Source: Lysobacterales bacterium (GTDB taxonomy: Bacteria; Pseudomonadota; Gammaproteobacteria; Xanthomonadales; SZUA-5). From it: a stretch of DNA of 27,674 nucleotides. The notes under the pieces are model-generated. The model had not been told where the DNA came from. It saw only the letters and a list, made by a program, of their open reading frames with translations, and did not search any database. This document shows, one piece after another, positions 1 through 5,529 of the stretch (positions within the stretch are counted from its first letter, which is position 1; each line of letters begins with the position of its first letter). The stretch lies in NCBI GenBank assembly GCA_022844165.1, contig JALHMH010000032.1, forward strand, positions 1 to 27,674, read 5' to 3'. Made by a program: the position numbers and the translations under genes.

Positions 1-683
1 GCGAGGCCGAGCAGAACGCGGTGAAAATCGCAGCGCTGTGCGCGGACAAAGCCGCACTTGAGGCTCGCCGCGATCGGCTCGCGGATCTGTCCTGGTTCAT
101 GCGCTGTCTCGACGAGTACATCGCGCGCAAGGCGAATGCCGAAGACGATGTCACAGGGCGATTTTGGGAAGGCCGATTCAAATCTCAGTTGCTTGACGAC
201 GAAGCCGCGCTCGCCGCGGCGATGGCGTACGTCGACCTCAATCCGGTTCGAGCAGGGATCGCCGATAGCATCGAGAGCAGCGATCACACCAGCGTGCAGG
301 TGCGTGCCGAGGAACTGCGCAAAGATCCCGGCAAAGCGGATGAACCAATCCAACCCATTGCCGGCGTCCGGCTCGGATTGGATATGTTGAAAGACGAATC
401 CTTTGCCAGATTGGCGATGAGCAATCGCCAGTACATAGAATTAGTCGATTTCACTGGCCGCCAACTCAGGCCAGGCAAACGCGGCAAGATCGATGAGCGC
501 GAGCCGACGGCACTGAGCAAGCTTGGACTCGATGCCAATTACTGGACCGCGCACGTCAAAGGCGTCGGCTCTGGTTATTGGCGCTTCGTTGCGAGTGTGG
601 AAGCACTCGAAGCCAAAGCGGCTGAGTGGAAGCGACAGTGGCTCAAGGGCATCGGATATGCCCGGCGTCTTGTGACCGGCTGA
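1..683 (+). CDS. Y1 HUH transposase (IS200/IS605 superfamily, RAYT-like long subgroup), 5'-partial
   Basis: Frame is open from base 3. Contains LSWFMRCLDEYIARKANAEDDVTGRFWEGRFKSQ and MAYVDLNPVRAG (YxxxNPxxAG catalytic Tyr motif). The HUH motif would lie upstream of the window. Confidence 0.85.
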   Translation, partial: EAEQNAVKIAALCADKAALEARRDRLADLSWFMRCLDEYIARKANAEDDVTGRFWEGRFKSQLLDDEAALAAAMAYVDLNPVRAGIADSIESSDHTSVQVRAEELRKDPGKADEPIQPIAGVRLGLDMLKDESFARLAMSNRQYIELVDFTGRQLRPGKRGKIDEREPTALSKLGLDANYWTAHVKGVGSGYWRFVASVEALEAKAAEWKRQWLKGIGYARRLVTG

Positions 684-845
684 GAAACGCACATGTGACT
701 TTTGGCGCCGCTGGCGTCTGGGGGCGTTGGCCGCGCGCCGAAAATCGCCACCATGGGAACCACCATTTCGTACGCCTAGCCGTTTACGCGGCAAAAATCC
801 TAAAGGACTGGAACGGAAAGTGGGTGTCCGCGGATCGATGATCGA

Positions 846-1217
846 TGGGCCGCTTTGAGCCCAGGCAACAATGAGAGCGCCGGCAAACGCAAATCCGGAC
901 GTACCCGACAAGGCAACCACGTCATCCGCTACATCCTGTGCGAATGCGCGAATGCTGCGCGCAGAACCAAGAGCACGTTAGCGGCCAAATATCGGAGCCT
1001 GATGGTACGCAAGTCGCACAAGAAAACCATCGTCGCCATTGCGCACAAAATGATCCGGCTGATCTATCTGCTGCTATCGCGTCGCACGCCTTACATCGAT
1101 CCGGCCATCGACTACGACGCCATGAGTGCGAAGAAAAACGCGCCGCGCTGGATCAAACAACTGCGGGCCATCGGCAAGTGGCCCGCAACGCGCGCACCGA
1201 CGACGCACGCTGCCTAG
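846..1217 (+). pseudogene. IS110-family transposase, C-terminal fragment only
   Basis: WAALSPGNNESAGKRKSGRTRQGN...AIAHKMIRLIYLLL matches the IS110 C-terminal (Transposase_20) region with the catalytic-Ser ESAG motif. The N-terminal DEDD domain is absent and recognisable homology begins at about 846. Confidence 0.85.
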
Positions 1218-1319
1218 CTTACCGCTGACGTTCGGGGTCGAGCCCAGCGGTGTACAACATGCTGCATCCGAATGCGGCAGGCTCCAACTCGTCTCCGATT
1301 CCGGGGGCTTTCACGGTAA
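846..1319 (+). mobile_element. Remnant IS110 element: 3' part of tnp plus ~100 bp right end
   Basis: The non-coding tail 1218-1316 has hairpins (accgctg...cagcggt; gctgcat..atgcggc) and ends ...tttcacgg directly against the TAAC of the attC core. The exact end is inferred. Confidence 0.6.
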
Positions 1320-1377
1320 CGTTTGAGCTCAGGCCGCGGCCCGTCAGGGCCGTCGCGCCTGCAGCGAAGTGTTAGCC
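1314..1377 (-). other. Integron attC site (cassette 1)
   Basis: Minus strand reads R'' GGCTAAC, 5 nt, L'' GCTGCAGG, central palindrome, L' CCTGAGC, 6 nt, R' GTTACCG. Spacing is canonical with an extra base in L''. The cassette gene's TAA stop lies inside R''. Confidence 0.92.
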
Positions 1378-2022
1378 GCCAACACTGATACGGGGATCAA
1401 TGATTCTTCTGAACTCACTGAGCACCGCCAGCCTTGCCGGCTCGTACTTCTCCTGGTACTCGGCCTCCAACTTTGTTCTGGCATCTTCGATTCTGGCCAA
1501 GTGATCTACCGGGTTCACAGGAGGGTTCTCGTAGATTGCCTGGTTGAATGCAATGGACATCAAGCTGGCAGACAGCCCGCACGTTGCAACCAGCGTGTAT
1601 GTTTCCTCGCTCAGATCGATAGCCGTGAGCACGGCTAGCTTTTCAAGATTCTCGGAGCGCGCCCTTAACTCATTACCCCAGATCCGATATGTCTCTATTG
1701 CTTCGGCAGGCAGCGTGTGGAGCTTGTTCGGGGCACGGACCTGAATAGCAGCCTCATTCCAAGAAATTAGCGCCCCATAGAGATGCTTAATTGCTGTTAC
1801 GCGCTGCGCGTCAATTCGGGTTACAGCAACATTGTGCTCGTGGATTCTCTTATCGAGGTCGCTCTTGAGGCGAGCAAACTCGGCTTGGTACTTCGCCTTC
1901 TCGCCTTCCAGTATTCGGTTTGCCCATACCTTGCCAAGCCACGAAGACATGCCGAAAACGATTGCAGCACCCCCGCCAAGAGAGACGAGGACTGCAAATG
2001 CAACGCTCCATATCTGTTCCAT
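1372..2022 (-). CDS. Cassette-encoded hypothetical protein, N-terminal TM helix plus helical/coiled-coil region (216 aa)
   Basis: ORF fills the cassette, has an AAGGA RBS just after the GTTAGCC core, a hydrophobic N-terminus, and a stop in R''. Confidence 0.85.
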   Translation of the reverse strand: MEQIWSVAFAVLVSLGGGAAIVFGMSSWLGKVWANRILEGEKAKYQAEFARLKSDLDKRIHEHNVAVTRIDAQRVTAIKHLYGALISWNEAAIQVRAPNKLHTLPAEAIETYRIWGNELRARSENLEKLAVLTAIDLSEETYTLVATCGLSASLMSIAFNQAIYENPPVNPVDHLARIEDARTKLEAEYQEKYEPARLAVLSEFRRIIDPRISVGG

Positions 2023-2041
2023 AGCACCACTTTTCCTTGGC

Positions 2042-2099
2042 GGCTAACGTGGGAATTCAGCGGCCGCCGAAGGCGGTCCGCTGGAATGAAAAGTTAGAC
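2042..2099 (-). other. Integron attC site (cassette 2)
   Basis: Minus strand reads GTCTAAC-ttttc-ATTCCAGC-ggaccgccttcggcggcc-GCTGAAT-tcccac-GTTAGCC, a canonical ~58 bp attC. Confidence 0.95.
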
Positions 2100-2407
2100 A
2101 GCGCATCCTGGTCATAGCCTAGTGAATAAGAACCCGAGAAACTAAAATTTCCCGACCAAAAATCCAAGGCCAAAGCCATGGCGCAAAAGACGAAGTACCC
2201 TGCCAGCGATTCCTTGGAGAACACGCCGGTCTGTTGGGCGACAAACAGGTTCCATGCGTGTATGACGATGACCCCAATTATCACAAGCAAAAGAGCCGCC
2301 GCAACTTCTAACAATTTAAAACCCGAACTGTGATAGCCGACCAATGGTGGCCACACAAACCCAACAAAAAATGTGAAAAAAACCGGTGGTTTCTTACTGT
2401 CGCTCAT
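2057..2407 (-). CDS. Cassette-encoded small membrane protein (~3 TM, 116 aa)
   Basis: ATG preceded by AAGGA, three hydrophobic segments, AT-richer than the flanks. The ORF reads through R'' and stops inside the attC. Confidence 0.7.
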   Translation of the reverse strand: MSDSKKPPVFFTFFVGFVWPPLVGYHSSGFKLLEVAAALLLVIIGVIVIHAWNLFVAQQTGVFSKESLAGYFVFCAMALALDFWSGNFSFSGSYSLGYDQDALSNFSFQRTAFGGR

Positions 2408-2483
2408 ATCCTTAAAGCCTCAATCTGTGTTGACTGCAGACTACCCTTGCAGCTCGTTTCTCCAAGCTGGTGGGTCTCAAGAC

Positions 2484-2505
2484 GCCTAACTAAAACTAGA
2501 CGACA
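2484..2505 (-). other. Cassette-array boundary: lone GTTAGGC core, possible attI or secondary site
   Basis: G|TTAGGC (2490-2484) is nearly complementary to cassette 2's R'' GTCTAAC. The upstream sequence GTCGTCTAGTTTTA has no matching attC arm. Confidence 0.5.
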
Positions 2506-2977
2506 CCAAGCCCACGCTGGGAGGTCGCCCATTTTGAAGAGACTGCGCTTACCCTTTCCATCGCCACTTCCCTCGTCAATAGTCAAACCTAAAATTTCCC
2601 GGATCAAGAGGGAACGGAGCCTCTGGATGAGAGCGCCGTGCAATCCATCGCGACGACGACAGTTTGCACTTTGAGACGGCGTGTGTCGATCTTGACGGAC
2701 ACTGAATGATCCGGTGTCACGACCGCCAGAGGCACGCCGTCGGAACGCGAAGCGCTACCTTGAGCGGCTGAGGTCCGTCGCTGGATGCTGATCGTTCGAG
2801 CACGAGACGACGGCGTTCGGCGGCGAGCCAGTTTGTTCAGCGTCATGTGATCAACCACCGTGCGCGAATGCGCCGCGTTCGGCGTCGAGCCAGATTGTTC
2901 GGCGCCGAAGACGGAGCAAACGATGGCGTCGTAGCAGCGACATCCGAACGGTTCGACGATGTGGACCATCCGCATCG

Positions 2978-3212
2978 CTAGTGTGGTGTCCCAAAAGTAA
3001 GGTGAACAATTTCCGCGCCTTTCGGCCCGAATGCTGCGTTGCTTTTAGCCCGTCGGCGCAGCCGCCGGGCGTTCGGTCGATCGCGCGGCATGCCGCGCAA
3101 GCTGATCGCCCTCACGGTCGCCATAGCGCTGCTATGACTCCTCCTCTCGTCTTGCCTCGGGCCGAAATCCATCGAAAATTTAGTTCACCTTACTTTTTGG
3201 ACACCACACTAG
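2978..3212. mobile_element. Non-autonomous MITE, ~235 bp, CTAG at both ends
   Basis: 26-bp terminal IRs (2982-3007 TGTGGTGTCCCAAAAGTAAGGTGAAC / 3183-3208) with one mismatch. CTAG at 2978-2981 and 3209-3212. Inner 11-bp IR at 3020-3030/3157-3167. Confidence 0.88.
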
Positions 3213-3373
3213 CCTTCGGATTTTGGCGCCGATGCTATCGTCAGGGGTCGACGAACTCGCACGGTTCCCGCTCCGCGGGCGTGCACAGTGCCATGGGGCT
3301 CGCTGCGGTCGGCCGTTGGCCGGAATCGAGCCAGCGCGGCGAGCGCGGCCAACAGGGTGGCATCGCGCAGACG

Positions 3374-3496
3374 CCCGTCAACGCTTGACGTTACGCCTCA
3401 CGACGCAGCGCGCATGACTCGGGGACAACGTGGATCGCTACTCCTTTGTTGGCGCGGACTTTCACCCCTGGCACTCCGCCGGTTTCGCCGGCGCAG
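3374..3496 (-). mobile_element. Group II intron 5'-end (domain I) fragment, class E-like
   Basis: Minus strand cTGCGCCGGCGAAACCGGCGGAG..GGTGAAAGTCC..AAGGAGTAGCGATCCAC..CCCCGAGTCATGCG..GTGAGG..AAGCGTTGACGGG follows the recalled order of conserved domain I blocks. No RT ORF or domain V/VI seen. Confidence 0.72.
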
Positions 3497-3497
3497 C

Positions 3498-5405
3498 TCA
3501 CTCAAAGCCGTTGGCGAAGACCGTGTTTCGGCAGGAATGAAAACGGACGCCGTTGGCGCCCTCGGCGGCAATCAGCGCGCCGTTGGCGAGATCGATATCC
3601 AAGACGCTGTCTGGTGTCGCCAGGTTGCCGATTCGAACCGGGGCTGTTGGTGTGGCGATGCTGGCGATCACGGTGCCCCAGAATGGGCCGGCTGCGACGT
3701 ACAAACGTGTGCCATCGATCGCCAGACCACCGGCCAGGCCAGGGAAGATATCGAGCGTTCCTGCCGCGACGATGGCCGCTGGATTGGCGATGTTGAGCAC
3801 GCGCACTTCGGCATTGCCATCGGCCACATAGAGAAAGTTGCCTTGCTGCGCCAGGTCGCGAACCGGCTGTCCGGTGATGAACTGGCCGAGCAAGCTGGGT
3901 GTCGGCGTTGCCGCATCCAACACCTCAATGCGATCGCCCTTCCCCACGTAGAGTCGATTGCCAACCGGTAGCACCGCCAACGCGCCGACGCTGTCGTTCG
4001 ACAACAAGCTCGGCGCGCTGGGTGTCGCAATGTCGTATGTGCGCAGACCACCCGGCGTGGCGATGTACAGGCGATTGCCCTGCACCGCCAGTTGATGCGC
4101 TGCGGTCGGCAGCGCCAGACTCGCAAGTTGCGACACCGCAGCCGGATTGGCGACATTCAAGACGCGCAGCGTCGATTCGTCGTTGAGCGAGCTGACGGCA
4201 TAGGCGATGTTGCCGCTGCTGGTGACGGCGTAGATGTTGGCGGAATCGTAGCGCCCGAGTAACGCCCCGCGCGGCTCACTGCTGTTGTCGAAAATGGCCA
4301 GGCCACGCGGAAACTGCGGCACATAGACACGCCCGTCGGCAGCATGCACCCTTTCGGAGGCGCCGCCAACGAGCAGATTCGACTGCACCGTCGGCGCCGC
4401 TGGTGTGCCCAGCCCATAAGCGCGAATGCCATTGCTGGTCGCCAGACGCGTCGGAACAAAGGCCGTGTTACCGAGGCCCGCGACGCCATCGACACTCGCC
4501 TGGTCGGAGACCGTCGATACCAGCATCGGACTCGCTGGATTGGCAATGTTGAAAGTGCGCAGACCGCCTGCGCCCGCGGCCGTCACCAGGTGCCCGTTGA
4601 CCAGCGCGCCGTGCGAATAACTGCCAACAACGCCGATCGAGCCCAGCAAGGTGGGCGTAGGACTGCCGATATTCAAAATGCTGTAACCCTGGTCGCGCCG
4701 TGCCACGTAGGCGCGAAAACCGTCGAGCAACAGATGCGACGCACCCGTCGCCGGATAGCTGGCGACTTGCTGCATATTGCCCATGCCGAGCAGTTCCCAC
4801 ACGGTGACGCCCTCGGCGTCGTCCGCCACATAAAGGTAAGGCGCGGTTGGCGAGACCTTGACGTCGAACACAAAATCCGTGCCCGGCGTAACCACCTGCT
4901 GCAACAACACTGGTGCCGAAGGGTTAGCGATATTGATCGACGCGGGGCCTGCCGGGGTGATTGCGGCGTACAGCACGTTGCCGCTGATCGACAGCCCGCG
5001 GGGTATGCGGCCTTCCGGCACGGCATAACGGCTGAGCAAGGTGGGCTGCGTGCGATTGGCGATACTGACGATCGAGATCGTATTGCGTCGGTCGCTGACC
5101 GCCGCCAGCGCGCCGTCGGCGCGGATCGCAATGTGCGCAGCCGGGCCGGAGAGGCCGATCGCACCCAGGCGCACCGGCGCACTGGGATTGGCGATGTTGT
5201 AGAGCACAAGGTCAGCGCCTTCGCCCGAGAGCAGCAGCGACTGACCGCTGCCACTCCAGGTCTCCAGTGTGCGCACCGGCCCGTGGCCTTGGTGCACGAC
5301 CTCAAGTGGGCAGTTATCCAATGCCAGCAGTGGCGAGCTGGCGATCAGTGCGCTGATCAGGGTGATGAACTGCGAGCGCTGGCGGTAGCCGATTGAGCGT
5401 GGCAC
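3498..5405 (-). CDS. Secreted LVIVD-repeat beta-propeller protein with C-terminal TVFANGFE tail
   Basis: Many repeats of the type LYVAD..G(L/V)R(V/T)(L/F/Y)NIANPAAP. Likely GTG start at 5405 with a CAGGAG RBS, followed by a signal peptide (FITLISALIASSPLLA). Confidence 0.88.
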   Translation of the reverse strand: MPRSIGYRQRSQFITLISALIASSPLLALDNCPLEVVHQGHGPVRTLETWSGSGQSLLLSGEGADLVLYNIANPSAPVRLGAIGLSGPAAHIAIRADGALAAVSDRRNTISIVSIANRTQPTLLSRYAVPEGRIPRGLSISGNVLYAAITPAGPASINIANPSAPVLLQQVVTPGTDFVFDVKVSPTAPYLYVADDAEGVTVWELLGMGNMQQVASYPATGASHLLLDGFRAYVARRDQGYSILNIGSPTPTLLGSIGVVGSYSHGALVNGHLVTAAGAGGLRTFNIANPASPMLVSTVSDQASVDGVAGLGNTAFVPTRLATSNGIRAYGLGTPAAPTVQSNLLVGGASERVHAADGRVYVPQFPRGLAIFDNSSEPRGALLGRYDSANIYAVTSSGNIAYAVSSLNDESTLRVLNVANPAAVSQLASLALPTAAHQLAVQGNRLYIATPGGLRTYDIATPSAPSLLSNDSVGALAVLPVGNRLYVGKGDRIEVLDAATPTPSLLGQFITGQPVRDLAQQGNFLYVADGNAEVRVLNIANPAAIVAAGTLDIFPGLAGGLAIDGTRLYVAAGPFWGTVIASIATPTAPVRIGNLATPDSVLDIDLANGALIAAEGANGVRFHSCRNTVFANGFE

Positions 5406-5437
5406 GACGAACTCCTGATTGCGGGGATTAATCGCAA

Positions 5438-5497
5438 ATACGAAAAACGTGGCGGCGAACCCATCACGTGATGGGATGGGCCACCGTTTCTCCGTAT
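5438..5497. promoter_or_regulatory. Candidate bidirectional ECF-type promoter
   Basis: Perfect palindrome CCCATCACGTGATGGG at 5460-5475. GTGATGGG-N17-CGTAT occurs on both + (CGTAT 5493-5497) and - (CGTAT 5442-5438). Confidence 0.65.
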
Positions 5498-5529
5498 GTC
5501 CGGTGAGCACATCCGGAAAGGACAGTCCC

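Noticed and set aside
2484-2560. Third complete attC site
   Set aside because: Only one core is present; there is no properly spaced L'/L'' pair or opposite R box.
2404-2975. ORFs 2404-2643 and 2604-2975 as genes or an integrase remnant
   Set aside because: No recognisable motifs or tyrosine-recombinase residues; the first crosses the cassette boundary.
2978-3417. ORFs 2981-3388, 2978-3172 and 3223-3417
   Set aside because: They run across the MITE and intron fragment and have no protein-like features.
4344-5396. 350-aa plus-strand ORF and similar long antisense ORFs (e.g. 8043-8987, 13109-13870, 15255-15992, 20484-21584)
   Set aside because: Shadow frames of well-supported genes in high-GC DNA.
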